A stretch of DNA of 64,000 bases from Candidatus Heimdallarchaeota archaeon (GTDB lineage: Archaea; Asgardarchaeota; Heimdallarchaeia; Heimdallarchaeales; Heimdallarchaeaceae), in NCBI GenBank assembly GCA_019057815.1, contig JAHLWR010000010.1, positions 64,001-128,000 of the forward strand, given 5' to 3'. The position numbers were made by a program, and so were the translations under genes. The notes below the pieces were generated by a model. That model made no database searches and was not told where the DNA came from. It saw only the letters and a list, made by a program, of their open reading frames with translations. Below, piece after piece: positions 31,360 through 42,509 of this stretch. How positions within the stretch are numbered: position 1 is the first letter of the stretch; each line of letters opens with the position of its first letter.

Positions 31360-31561
31360 GAAGAAACCTATTCCAAAACTAGTAGAGATACTCTACAATT
31401 TTTTTACTTCTAAAGAGTAAAAAGAAAAACTGGATAGGTTAACTTATTCAAAAAATAAACTTACAAATTGGAATTCTTACTTTTGAAGGAATTGCTGTTA
31501 AGGTTGTTAAAAATCTGTATTACTCATCAAGAACTAAAGAAAATACACTAAAACTCTCATT

Positions 31562-32986
31562 TCAAAACAATTGTGTGATTCGTCGCAGAAAATCTATAAG
31601 ATGCTCCCTCGCTTTGTTCATAACGCTTTTTTTCATTTCCTCTGCATCAATACTTACCAATTCTGCAAGATCTGCACCTAAAACATCTCTATCTGCTGAA
31701 AAAAGTTCAACATCCTTTATGTTTTTATCTAGTTCTTTTTCATATTCTAGGATTTTTTCAGTTTCTCCTTTTGATATATAAAGAAACTCTAATGCTATTA
31801 TTTGTTTTATTGTTTCAATTTTGTTTTTTTGCTTTCTCGCTATTTTCAAGATTTTTTTAAGATTCTTTTCCAACAATTCGTTTTTTTCTCCTAAGATATA
31901 GAAATACGAAGCTAAGCTCGTTGTTTGAAAATAAATTGAATATAGGTTAAACTCCAGTGCTAGCTCTAAGGCCGTTTCTATTAACTCAAATGCTTCCTCA
32001 CTCTTTTCTTTTTCGAAGTTTAGTAATGCTTCTAAGCTTGTTGACCAGATCAAATAAAAGTATGATTCTTTCTCTTCCGCTAGTTTTGTCAGTCTTTGAA
32101 TAATTATTTCTGTTTCGCTGTATTTTTCCATAAGAAAAGTTACAAAACCTAATCTTAGATATATTTCAGGTAATATATCCTTTATCCCACTTTTTTCGAG
32201 AATCGCTCTAGCCACATTTAAATGGTCGTATGCATCAAAGATTTTTTTCTCTTTTATTAAAATTGCTCCTTTTTCTGAATGTGCTCCTGCCATCTCTCTT
32301 TTTAGCGTTTTTTCTTCTGAATATTTTAACGCCTGATCGACAGCTTCGTGAGCTTCAGTAAATCTCCCAATGTTGCTATAGAACCGCCCAGCATTTACTT
32401 TAGCTATCACCCATCCATTCCAATTGTTACTTTCCTCTTTTTGTTTTATCGCCTCTTCCACTAATTCAATTGCTTTCCTATATTCTCCCAATTGATTATT
32501 AGTTAAAGCAAGACTATTCAATATTGAATCATTTGGTACATCCTTCTCTTTACTTATTTCTAGTGCCCTCAAATAAATCTCATGAGCTTCCATGATTTTT
32601 CCAGAATAAAAGAAAGTGTGCCCATAATTAGCCATTATAATAGGGTAAGAATCTAGTTCTTCAAGAGTGTTAACTTCTTTAAATAAGTATTCAAAGACAT
32701 TTCTCGCTTTGTCAAATTTTCCTTGTGCAGAATAACAATTAGCTTGTAACGAAAGAGTTGAACTCAGAATCTCTTTATCATAATCCTTTGCCCATTCAAT
32801 AACTTCTTGAGCTATAGAATGAGCTTCTTCTAGATTACCAAGTAAGAAATTTGCTTTGGCTACAATACAACTTATTCTTATAAAATCTTTTTTAGATAGA
32901 TTTTCTACTTCAAGATCATTGTATTTCTGCAAAATTTCACTATGCTTTTTTTCACTTTCTAATTCTTGAAACGTTTGTAAGTTCAT
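31562..32986 (-). CDS. Tetratricopeptide repeat protein
   Basis: Repeated TPR-like helices (e.g. LNSLALTNNQLGEYRKAIELVEEAI). Confidence 0.85.
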   Translation of the reverse strand: MNLQTFQELESEKKHSEILQKYNDLEVENLSKKDFIRISCIVAKANFLLGNLEEAHSIAQEVIEWAKDYDKEILSSTLSLQANCYSAQGKFDKARNVFEYLFKEVNTLEELDSYPIIMANYGHTFFYSGKIMEAHEIYLRALEISKEKDVPNDSILNSLALTNNQLGEYRKAIELVEEAIKQKEESNNWNGWVIAKVNAGRFYSNIGRFTEAHEAVDQALKYSEEKTLKREMAGAHSEKGAILIKEKKIFDAYDHLNVARAILEKSGIKDILPEIYLRLGFVTFLMEKYSETEIIIQRLTKLAEEKESYFYLIWSTSLEALLNFEKEKSEEAFELIETALELALEFNLYSIYFQTTSLASYFYILGEKNELLEKNLKKILKIARKQKNKIETIKQIIALEFLYISKGETEKILEYEKELDKNIKDVELFSADRDVLGADLAELVSIDAEEMKKSVMNKAREHLIDFLRRITQLF

Positions 32987-33239
32987 ATAACCCCCTTTTT
33001 CCAGTTTATGGCTTACACCAAATAATGCAAATTTTTTGAAATATAAATGCTTTAGTCAAAAAAAATGCATGTTTTTGTCTAACAAACTAAGTTATCTTTT
33101 CAGCTGAATGACTATGAAAATATATTAAATTAAAATGTTTGCATTGTTTTTATTGTGTTCTTATTTTCTGCAATAGTGAAATATTCTTGTATACCTCATT
33201 AATTTTGAAAACTAATAGGCTTGATTCTTTCAGAAAATA

Positions 33240-33775
33240 ATGATAAACATATTCGACACATTAGCGGAAATAAGCATAAAAGAGCTGGAAAACAAAGAAT
33301 TAACATCTCAAGAGCTTAAATTTATTCATCACGTTGGTAAGGATTTATTGTATATTTCGTTATTTAGAACTGCTAATGGTGATGATATTACTAGTGAAGC
33401 TGATAAACGAACTGCTCTAATAGCTGACGTATTTACAGATCCTAATACAAATCAAGTACTGGAAGTAGCAGTGGGAAATCCATTTTTGATCTATGTTATT
33501 GTACAAGATCATGCAGGACAATTGTATCTTACTAGGGGAGTAACACTTTCTTACTACGAATTCAAGCAACCCTATAATGAACGCTTAACAGATGAAGAAT
33601 GGCAATTAATGTTAGATTCATCTCCACCTGATTTTCCTGAGTGGATATCCGAGAATATTCCTTTAAACACAATCAGGGGAATATCTCCGATAAAAGTATT
33701 TGCTATACATGTTAATCGAACCAGAATGGAGTGAACTTTTCCTTTTTTTATTGTTTATACATTTTTCATCTCCCA
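33240..33775 (+). pseudogene. Duplicated 3' end of the DUF3160 gene plus its downstream T-rich region
   Basis: Near-identical to 28972-29509; the ORF 33240-33734 corresponds to the last 164 aa. Confidence 0.9.
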
Positions 33776-34005
33776 TTCACTTGGATTAATGAAATTTGAC
33801 AACTAAAAATGAAATTTTTTTACTTCAATGAGTAAAAAGAAAAAATTGTATAAGTTAACTTATTAAAAACTGTTATCTACTTCTTGATAGTTTATTAGAA
33901 AATTATACCAAATGAGAAAGGTTTACTAGAAAAAAATGTTAGGGATATAAAGTTCCCTTCAGTATGTTTTTCCAATAGTTCTGGTGTATCGTTTTAATTC
34001 ATTCT

Positions 34006-35424
34006 TTACTTTCCCTTTTCTAAGAGTTTTCTGATTCTTTCTTCTTTTTTAGACACAGTTTCATCTACAAGTTTTTCAACTTTTTTTCTAATAATTTCCA
34101 TTGCTTTCTTCTGAGCTTCTTCGTTAGAAGGTAATTTTGCAACGATTTTTGGTTTTAATTTATCCAATGTTGTATTGATTATATTATTCTTTAATTTAAA
34201 CAGTTCTACGTCTTCTTCTTCAGCTTTGTCTTCAACTACCTCAATTACTTCAGTTACATCTTCAGCAACTTCTTTGGCTTCCTCAGTTACCTCAATATCT
34301 TCCTCAACAACGGTTTCCTCAACAACAGCTTCGATTACTTCAGCTAAATCTTCTAATACCTCGACATCTTCTTCTTCGACGGTTTCCTCAGCTACCTCAA
34401 CGGTTTCCTCAGCTACCTCAACAGCTTCCTCAACATCAACAGCTTCAATTACTTCAGCTAAGTCCTCTAGTACCTCGACATCTTCTTTGACGACTTCTTC
34501 AGCTACCTCGACGACTTCTTCAGCTACCTCGACGACTTCCTCAGCTACCTCGACGACTTCCTCAGCTTCCTCGACAACTTCCTCAGCTTCCTCGACAACT
34601 TCCTCAGCTTCCTCGACAACTTCCTCAGCTACTTCGGAGATTTCTTCAGCTACTTCGGAGATTTCTTCAGCTACTTCGGAGATTTCTTCAGCTACTTCGG
34701 AGACTTCTTCAGCTACTTCGGAGACTTCTTCAGCTACTTCGGAGACTTCTTCAGCTACTTCGGAGACTTCTTCAGCTTCTTCGACGACTTCTTCAGCTTC
34801 TTTGACGACTTCTTCAGCTACCTCGACGACTTCCTCAGCTACTTCAACAACTTCCTCAGCTTCCTCGACAGCGTCCTCTGTTATTTCCCTTTCTTCAAGA
34901 ACTTTTTCTATCAATTTTCCAATTTGTTCTTCTATTTTTGATACAGCTGTGTCTACAAGTTTTTCAATTGCTTTTTCAGCTAGTTCCATCGTTTTCTTTC
35001 TAACTTTCTCATTAGAGGGCATTAATTCCTCAATTTTTGGTCCTACTGCATCCATAATGGTCTTTGTTAGCGCATCCTTTATCTTATCCATTCCTAGTTC
35101 CTTGATTGTCTCAAGATTAAGTTTCACAGGTTCAAGTTCTTCAATTGTTTCTTTGATCTCTGCTTCAAGTTTGTTAATTGTTTCTTGTATTTCTTTAATC
35201 TTATCTGCATCTGTTTCTTCTTCTTTCTTATTTTTCTCCTCTTCTTGTTTACGGCCATTCTTTGCAATTGTCTTGTATTTTTCATTCACTAGTTCTTTTA
35301 ATTTGTCAGTATATTGTTGTATGAATGGAGGGATATAATCTTCAATTATCTGTTGTATCTCATCTACCATTTCTTGATCTATCGGATTTTTAGGAGCTTT
35401 ATCTTTAATCTTTTTAAACATCAT
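34006..35424 (-). CDS. Highly acidic heptad-repeat protein with a duplicated helical domain
   Basis: EEVVEVA/EEVSEVA/EEISEVA repeats between two copies of PKI...PSNE...KK.ME.....EKLVD..VSK.EE.I.KL.EK. Confidence 0.8.
   Translation of the reverse strand: MMFKKIKDKAPKNPIDQEMVDEIQQIIEDYIPPFIQQYTDKLKELVNEKYKTIAKNGRKQEEEKNKKEEETDADKIKEIQETINKLEAEIKETIEELEPVKLNLETIKELGMDKIKDALTKTIMDAVGPKIEELMPSNEKVRKKTMELAEKAIEKLVDTAVSKIEEQIGKLIEKVLEEREITEDAVEEAEEVVEVAEEVVEVAEEVVKEAEEVVEEAEEVSEVAEEVSEVAEEVSEVAEEVSEVAEEISEVAEEISEVAEEISEVAEEVVEEAEEVVEEAEEVVEEAEEVVEVAEEVVEVAEEVVEVAEEVVKEDVEVLEDLAEVIEAVDVEEAVEVAEETVEVAEETVEEEDVEVLEDLAEVIEAVVEETVVEEDIEVTEEAKEVAEDVTEVIEVVEDKAEEEDVELFKLKNNIINTTLDKLKPKIVAKLPSNEEAQKKAMEIIRKKVEKLVDETVSKKEERIRKLLEKGK
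34370..34870. repeat. Coding 21-bp tandem repeat array
   Basis: Units such as ttcagctacttcggagacttc and ctcagcttcctcgacaacttc in homogeneous blocks. Confidence 0.9.
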
Positions 35425-35625
35425 AATCCACCTCTATCTTTTTTCTTACTTCCTTGTATCTTTTTCAATTTTAATACATATAAAAATAGTTCATCATAAA
35501 TATAAAAGTTGGGTAGGCTTGAAATAAACTAGTAAAGCAAATATCTATGTCATATATCTAGCATTAGTGATTTTGATTGCCCTTTTCTTAAGTTAACTAT
35601 TCTTTGATAAAGTTTTAAATCAAAA

Positions 35626-36780
35626 GTGAATATTTATAATCTATATTGTTTCCACTATCAACAAATTTGGATAGTGAATTGTTTGGCTAATGAAGAAAGC
35701 TCGAATCTTAATCCAACTTTGGAAGCTTGGAAACTGTTTCTTAGTAATTTCGCACAAAGTTACGTTGATTTTTTTCATTGGTTCAAAAATCTTATAGTCC
35801 CTGGTGTTAGTAAAGCTAGACTAGGGGAGTTTTCCACTTCTGTTTTCCGAACTTATGTTAACTTCTTTCTATGGCTTCAGAAATTTTTTCTTCATCAAAG
35901 AAGAACTTCTGATGTACTTAAAGTTATGTTGAATATTGAAACCTTAAGTGCTTATTTTAACAATCTTCGTCCCACTCCTATAAGTACAAAAATAATCGAA
36001 AGCGCTCATCCTTTTCATTTAGATGGCGATACTGAAAATGGAATACTGCTAGTTCATGGTTTCTGCTCTAATCCTTCTGAAATGCGAGAGTTAGCAGAAT
36101 TATTAAACAGAAAAGGCTTTACAGTTGAAGCAATACTATTGAAAGGTCATGGAACATCAGTTCGAGATCTTTCTACAACTGAATTTGTAGATTGGTATGA
36201 ATCTGTATTGAATGGTTACGACATGCTTTCTTCAAAATGCTCGAAAATCTTTGTTCTTGGCCATTCCATTGGTGGAACATTGTCTCTCCTTCTTGCTGCT
36301 AATAGAAAAGTGGAAGCAATAATCAGCTTCTGTGCTCCTATTGATCTAGGGAAGTTCTATCACGGTTTACCTATTCCCCTTCTAACTTATTTCTCAAAAT
36401 TCGTTAGTAAGTGGCCTATGATGAAGAAATTTACAAAATTGCACGACGATGCAGGAATAGAAGCTTATCATTTTTCAAGTTTACCTGGTGTTGTCGAGTT
36501 GTTTAATTTAATGGAGGTAACTCGCGAAGAGTTAAACAAAGTTGAAGCTCCTTTGTTGATTGTTGGTGCCTCTCATGACTTTAATGTCCCTTTATCAAAT
36601 ATGAATTTACTAGAACAAGTTGTTAAAAGCAAAAGAGTTGAAACGTTTACAGCTTCAAGATCAGGGCACACTGTTCTTTTTGATGCAGATAAAGAGAAAA
36701 TATTTCAAAAAGTGTTAACATTTCTCGAATCTGTTACGAATGAAAAAAAGTTTAAAAACAATACTAGTGATGAAAAATGA
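35626..36780 (+). CDS. Alpha/beta-hydrolase (carboxylesterase/lipase) with N-terminal extension
   Basis: LLVHGF, GHG, nucleophile GHSIGG, SHD, SGH. Start uncertain. Confidence 0.88.
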   Translation: MNIYNLYCFHYQQIWIVNCLANEESSNLNPTLEAWKLFLSNFAQSYVDFFHWFKNLIVPGVSKARLGEFSTSVFRTYVNFFLWLQKFFLHQRRTSDVLKVMLNIETLSAYFNNLRPTPISTKIIESAHPFHLDGDTENGILLVHGFCSNPSEMRELAELLNRKGFTVEAILLKGHGTSVRDLSTTEFVDWYESVLNGYDMLSSKCSKIFVLGHSIGGTLSLLLAANRKVEAIISFCAPIDLGKFYHGLPIPLLTYFSKFVSKWPMMKKFTKLHDDAGIEAYHFSSLPGVVELFNLMEVTREELNKVEAPLLIVGASHDFNVPLSNMNLLEQVVKSKRVETFTASRSGHTVLFDADKEKIFQKVLTFLESVTNEKKFKNNTSDEK

Positions 36781-37241
36781 ATACCGAGATAAAAGAAGAA
36801 ACTAATCTTGAAAAATATAAATGGTGGGTAACACCAATCAATTTACTTGTTATTTCTGGATTTCTAGTAGTCATTGATTTAGTTACTGGTAACCCACAAG
36901 GAAGTCTAGAATGGGTTCAATGGCCGGCGATAGGATTGATGCTTATTTATGCTATGAATGTTATTGTTGTAAAAAAACCTGAGATGGCTTGGTTCGTGGG
37001 ACCAGCCTTTTTCTTATTTCTAGCGATATTTCTGTTAATTTTAGATCTAGTCTATGGTCCTAATGAGGGATTGCTTTTCACGGATTGGGCCCTCATACCT
37101 GTTGGTGCGCTTCTTGCATTCGGAACAATAATACCAGTAATAGTGCATCTAGGTAAAAGAAAAAAACCTCCAAGAATGCGATTAGAGGAATTTAAGCAAA
37201 AAATGCAAATTCAAGAGGATACTGACGTTGAGAAAGAATAA
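36777..37241 (+). CDS. Four-TM membrane protein
   Basis: Two repeated TM pairs (..IDLV.G....W..WP); 4-bp overlap with the esterase gene. Confidence 0.7.
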   Translation: MNTEIKEETNLEKYKWWVTPINLLVISGFLVVIDLVTGNPQGSLEWVQWPAIGLMLIYAMNVIVVKKPEMAWFVGPAFFLFLAIFLLILDLVYGPNEGLLFTDWALIPVGALLAFGTIIPVIVHLGKRKKPPRMRLEEFKQKMQIQEDTDVEKE

Positions 37242-37317
37242 CAAATATTTAGCCTTTTCTAATAAAAGGGAAACTTAAGGTAATATCAACTAAGAGTATT
37301 TTCTTTCATATGTCTAA

Positions 37318-37832
37318 TTAATATTGGAAGGACAAATCATGAATGTCTAAACCAGTCTTCCATTTTTTGCTTTCTTTTTTCTCTTCTAAACCCATAAAAA
37401 GTTCAATATGCCCAACAGTCTTGAAACCCAACTGATAGAATATTTTCATCGCTTCTTTATTTCTAGCTACTGGTCTTATGGACAGATATTTCGTACCCTT
37501 TCTCTTGCATGATTGATGATAAACTTTAGTAACTTCCCACCTATTCCTTGTTTCCGATGTGCTTTGCTAATTACTATTGGCTCTACTTCAGCTTCTTTCC
37601 CTTTAACAATTAATCCTACCAAACCTACAATTTCTCCATCCACTTCAGCCACCCAGATATCTTCTGTCCCATATTCTTCTATGTGTGTGTTGAATATTTG
37701 ACCTGGATTCTCACCTCCTATGGAAGAATCAGCATATATTTCCTGATGATATTCAGTTAGTTCAGTCCACAAGTTCTGACACGAATCATTATCAGAATCA
37801 TTGTATTTTCTAATTATCAGTCCTTCTAACAT
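37318..37832 (-). pseudogene. GNAT acetyltransferase with a frameshift near 37490
   Basis: HRKQGIGGKLL in the ORF; the C-terminal RPVARNKEAMKIFYQLGF...FQY* continues in another frame to TAA at 37318-37320. Confidence 0.75.
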
Positions 37833-38177
37833 TTCTTTTCACAAGAGGTTCCTTTGTATAGAATTAAAACTTTCTTCAATATTTCATATTAACATTCTTT
37901 CGATTGACAAATGCTAAAGAAACTCATTTTTAATAGACAACTATAGCTTTTTCAGGCAGGTCAAAGATTAGTTTAATGTCGCGAATATTATCATCCTCGC
38001 GAAAAATAGAGAACGAAAGGACTATCAAAAGATAGATTATTTATGAATGATCTAAGTGTATTAGTTTTATGGTATTTTTTGTATGTGTTTTTACCTTTTC
38101 AATTCATTTCAATAAATCTTATATTTCTACAATAACATTTTCTTCAGTTTCTCAAATTTGAGAAAGGAGATTTTAAA

Positions 38178-40895
38178 ATGAAAAAAACGAAGAAAAAAGC
38201 ATTATTAGTTTTTTGTATATTATTTACAAGTTTAATCTTTAATTTTCCTGCAATTTTAGCAGATTCTGTAAATAATGACTCATTAGACAACTCTGATACA
38301 ATCAATACTACGATTGTTTCATCAAAGAAAATTATTAATAGAAATTTGAAAAATATTCAGTCAGAATTATCTTATTCTTTTGGTACACCTAACAATAACC
38401 TCTTTGATTTTGAAAAACCATACCCAGCATATTCTGACAGTGTTTCTGCAATAAATCGCTTAGAAGTTATGAACCAAGAAATAATCTCCATAGATAAATC
38501 AACAGATATGAAACTAACAGTAGACAATACCCCCACCTATATACAAATTTACTTTGAAAGACTAGATGGTAATATTACTACTTATGGCTTAGCAGGTGAA
38601 ACACTTGAAGTTCATGTAATAGTCAAGGGTTTGATCAGTTCTGGAGATACATTAAATCTTGATGTTAGAAGAGACATAGTGTCATTTCCAGATTCTGATT
38701 TATACAATGGTTACTATGATTTTACTTCGGACCTATTAGGTTCGGAAAGCTTGCACATATACTGGACTATTACTCTTGATCCCAATCAAGACGATTTTGG
38801 TCTTGGTTTTGGAGATATCAGGTCATATTTCTTGATTGTCTATTTAGACTCAGAACCCACATTATTTGATGGTAGTGGCGTTAATACACATCGACTTTGG
38901 ATGTGCGGAGACTTGATGCTTTATGGAGTTCAGTATTACAATTATACTACTGAAGGTGATTGGGTACCCGTTTCTTATTCGATTCCTGGATGGGATATCT
39001 TTGTTACATTTTATGTCGCTGTTGTTAATGCACCTATCTGGGGTTTTGACATTCAAGGAGTTATCAAAGCAGATGTAGTATGGGGAATAGATGAAACACT
39101 CTACTCTGATGACGAGAAAACAATATCAGGTTTGATAGAACCAGGAATCTACTATTATAATTGGAGCGATACAGGTGGTAATCCATACTATTTCACTGTT
39201 CCTGATCGATCTTATGGTAACTTACCTGGAGATACGCGATGTCTTTTTGGTGTACTTTTCATGGATTCTAACGAAATCCCATCATTAGATCCCGATTACA
39301 CGAGGGACGAACTTCATATCATTCCTAATACTATTGCTCAACCACCAATTGTTCAAATAGAACTACCTTTGGATGGTTATGTTACTTATAACGACACTCT
39401 ATCATTGTCCGTTGATTTGATTGATCCAAATTCAAATTACGACATAACATCGGTTGAAATTCTCGTTGAGGGGATTTGGTTGGATGCAACAGCTTTCTAT
39501 GATACAACATTAGGACGTTTAGATGTTTACGTTACTAATGCTTTTACAACTGATGGGATAAAGAATATCACTGTTAAAGCTGAAGATTCTAATGGTAACA
39601 TAGGATTTGATTCTGTTATTATTCAATACTTCACCTATGGATACTTCTTCCCTCAAGATTACACTATTGAAAATCGAAAAGAAAGTTTAGACATATTTGC
39701 TGAAGAGTTTAGATATGATCATCTATTCAATTGGGGTGATGAAGAAAATAACATAACAATAACACCATATTTCGCTGTATCGATTGAAGCAACAGTAGAT
39801 TATGAGTTATTATTAGCCTATCCTACATCTGCAAGCCCAGGGCAAGACTTTACTGCGTATCTAAAGGTTGCAAATCCTGAAATTCATTTATCAATAGTTT
39901 TGGATTTAGGAGTTGAATATACTTTTAGTTCAGGAGAGAATTATTATTTTGGTTCTAGCAGCCTGTATGAAAAGGAAGTTTCGAAAAGTTTAGCTTTAGG
40001 TTTTGGAGTGTTTCGTATAGATTTACGCGACATCTCTCCTTTAATAGCTTCAATAACACATCTAGAGATTGAAACAAAAGATTTCCTACCTGATTTTATA
40101 GACTGGTTAGCTAACTTCAAATTCGAAATAGATTTCATACCATTGCTCAAAATTAAGAATCTACTATCATTCGATATCAGCGGAATTAATTGCAACCCGA
40201 GTTTTTCTTCACTCTCTATAACTACAGATTCCTTATATTCTATACCTTGCGCCATTTCTGCGGCTACAAGTGGTGAAGATGAAGTTACACTTACTCTTAA
40301 CAACTTTAGCATCGATGCAGCTGCGGGTTTTGAAGCGTATTGCCAGATGACTTTTTCAGGTAAACTTCTTGGAATTCCCATAGGCCCTATTGACGTAAAC
40401 GAATGGCTCTTTGATTATTTTGGCATAAAAGTTCCTTATCTGGATGTATGGTTATTAGGCTCAACACTACCTTTTGGTAGTACGGTTTCTGTGATGTTCC
40501 CACTTACCCCAGTATCATTATCAGTGAAAATAATAGATATGTTTTATTCGCTAGATAATATAACATACAAATTCGAACTAAAAGATGTTAATGATAATAC
40601 AATTTCAGGAGCAATGTTTCAAGTAGATGATTATTCACAGACTTACCTAGGGACAGAAGAAACTTCAGGAATTTACGTAGTGGTTATGGATTACTATGAT
40701 CAACCGGAAACAATAACTCTAACAGTTTCAAAAACAGGATACATCACATTAGTGACAAGTATTGAGCTTTATGTAGACCCACCAGCTGTAACAAAGGCTG
40801 TAATCTGGGAATACACATTGGTGTCGATAGGGATTGTAGCTCTTGTAGCTTCAGTAGCAACTATTATCATTTTTAGATTTAGAAGAAGAGTGTAA
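38178..40895 (+). CDS. Large secreted cell-surface protein with C-terminal TM anchor
   Basis: Signal peptide; beta-rich Ig-like segment (NITVKAEDSNGNIG); terminal TM followed by RFRRRV. Confidence 0.8.
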   Translation: MKKTKKKALLVFCILFTSLIFNFPAILADSVNNDSLDNSDTINTTIVSSKKIINRNLKNIQSELSYSFGTPNNNLFDFEKPYPAYSDSVSAINRLEVMNQEIISIDKSTDMKLTVDNTPTYIQIYFERLDGNITTYGLAGETLEVHVIVKGLISSGDTLNLDVRRDIVSFPDSDLYNGYYDFTSDLLGSESLHIYWTITLDPNQDDFGLGFGDIRSYFLIVYLDSEPTLFDGSGVNTHRLWMCGDLMLYGVQYYNYTTEGDWVPVSYSIPGWDIFVTFYVAVVNAPIWGFDIQGVIKADVVWGIDETLYSDDEKTISGLIEPGIYYYNWSDTGGNPYYFTVPDRSYGNLPGDTRCLFGVLFMDSNEIPSLDPDYTRDELHIIPNTIAQPPIVQIELPLDGYVTYNDTLSLSVDLIDPNSNYDITSVEILVEGIWLDATAFYDTTLGRLDVYVTNAFTTDGIKNITVKAEDSNGNIGFDSVIIQYFTYGYFFPQDYTIENRKESLDIFAEEFRYDHLFNWGDEENNITITPYFAVSIEATVDYELLLAYPTSASPGQDFTAYLKVANPEIHLSIVLDLGVEYTFSSGENYYFGSSSLYEKEVSKSLALGFGVFRIDLRDISPLIASITHLEIETKDFLPDFIDWLANFKFEIDFIPLLKIKNLLSFDISGINCNPSFSSLSITTDSLYSIPCAISAATSGEDEVTLTLNNFSIDAAAGFEAYCQMTFSGKLLGIPIGPIDVNEWLFDYFGIKVPYLDVWLLGSTLPFGSTVSVMFPLTPVSLSVKIIDMFYSLDNITYKFELKDVNDNTISGAMFQVDDYSQTYLGTEETSGIYVVVMDYYDQPETITLTVSKTGYITLVTSIELYVDPPAVTKAVIWEYTLVSIGIVALVASVATIIIFRFRRRV

Positions 40896-41112
40896 ATCTA
40901 AATACCCTTTATCTTTTTTTCTCTCATAGTAAGTAAACAATTAATAGCCCTATGTTTGATTTTTTCTTACAAAATTCTTTTTTGTCAAATTTTTACTAAC
41001 TTATTTCAAAGCTAAAGTTTGAAAAAGATATATAGGTTTTGACTTATCATGATGTCTATTTGTCTTCTTGTCCTCTTGGACAAAGCTAGGTGCATGGTGT
41101 GTTTAGAGGTCA

Positions 41113-42369
41113 TCAGGTAGAACGAAGATATTCTATACTCACTCTATGTGGATACATCACGTATCCTCCTACCCCGTTCACCGTGCGTTTAGGCAAGGCT
41201 TTCGGATCGCTTTTTGTCAGAATATTGTAGGCAGCATTAATGTCAGCATTGATCAGATGACCAGCAGCAGAACGGAACAACCCTCGATGGATTCTCTTCC
41301 CATTATATTTTCTTCGCTTTTTAGGAAATTCATTATCAAGGAAACTACTCTTGGAAGTGTATTGTTCAGGAATAGTCTCCACCTTTATCCCTCGCTCAGC
41401 TCCTTTATATCTTAGAATCTCAATGATTTTCAGGAAGGGGATGGTGACGAACATCTGGGTGGTTTTTTTCCAAAAATGCATTCCTTGTTTCCACAACGGG
41501 TTGTAGCCTATCACCACTTCATGGAGCCCTCGTTCGACCCATAAGTCAACCAGATACTTGGTTAATTTGTGAATAGCATAGTTTAGCTTTCTTCTCCACG
41601 TCTCCTTAAGTTTGTAGTAAGCTGGGCCATACTTCAGACGATTATTAGATTGTATTTGTGCTCGCTGTTGCTGAGCATATTGGATCTGTAATTGTTTCTG
41701 TTTTTTCAAATAATATTGCGTTATGGATTTTATCCCTTTCCCTGCATCTTTGATAACAATCGGTTGACCTCCGAGGTTATCCACGAAAGCGGCAAGGTTG
41801 TCCATCCCTAAATCTACTGCTCCTTTTCTGATTATTTTCTTCCTGAGATTGGGGATGCTCTTCAGATAAACAAGTTCAAGGGTATACCCTACTCTTCTAG
41901 GAATAACTCTTACTTCTCTTAGCTCTGTTTGAGCATTCAACCGTGTCTTGTAGGTATACTTCACTTTCTTCGGTAATACTAACCATCCATTAATTATCTT
42001 CGCCTGTTGATTAGTGAAGATGGCTACTACTTCCCCATCCTTCTTTTTGTAGTAAGGTGGTTTAGGCATGGCAAAGAATAGATTAGGGTTCTTCTTCCAC
42101 TCTTTTTTAGCTCGGAAAAAGCTCTTCCAACATCTAGAAAGAATTTTGAGTGTTTGTTGGGCAACATGAGCTGGAAGGACTCTGTAACACTCCTCCTGTT
42201 TCAACTGTTTGTCAAGATCGTAGTAAAAGAGAAGTTTGCTTGTTTGCTTCAAAGAGGTTCTTATCAGAAAATTCGCTCGATTATAGAGATTTTTAGCTTG
42301 ATGACAGATTCTGCTCAGTGCTGGATGATACTCCACTTCTATACGCTCTGCACGCAGTACCTTTGCCAT
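41113..42369 (-). mobile_element. tnpB: IS200/IS605-type (IS1341-like) TnpB; no tnpA nearby
   Basis: KNLYNRAN, RuvC I AVDLG, EQYTSKSSFLD, RGLF, NADINAAYNI. Element ends not resolved. Confidence 0.92.
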
Positions 42370-42509
42370 CCATAGTTTACCCAGAGTTCACTATAAAAAC
42401 ACCCGTACTATCTCTAAAATGTTACTAGATTTACAACTTAATAAGACAAAAAGACAAAAGCATATTCATAATTAAAATAAAAAGAGAAAAAGAGAAAAAA
42501 ACATTTTTT

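Noticed and set aside
34370-34870. Possible CRISPR array
   Set aside because: Contiguous 21-bp coding repeats with no unique spacers; no cas genes seen.
34175-35338. 387-aa Ser/Thr-rich plus-strand ORF resembling a mucin or adhesin
   Set aside because: Antisense shadow of the Glu/Val/Ala repeat gene, which has an ATG, an upstream GAGGTGG and a duplicated domain.
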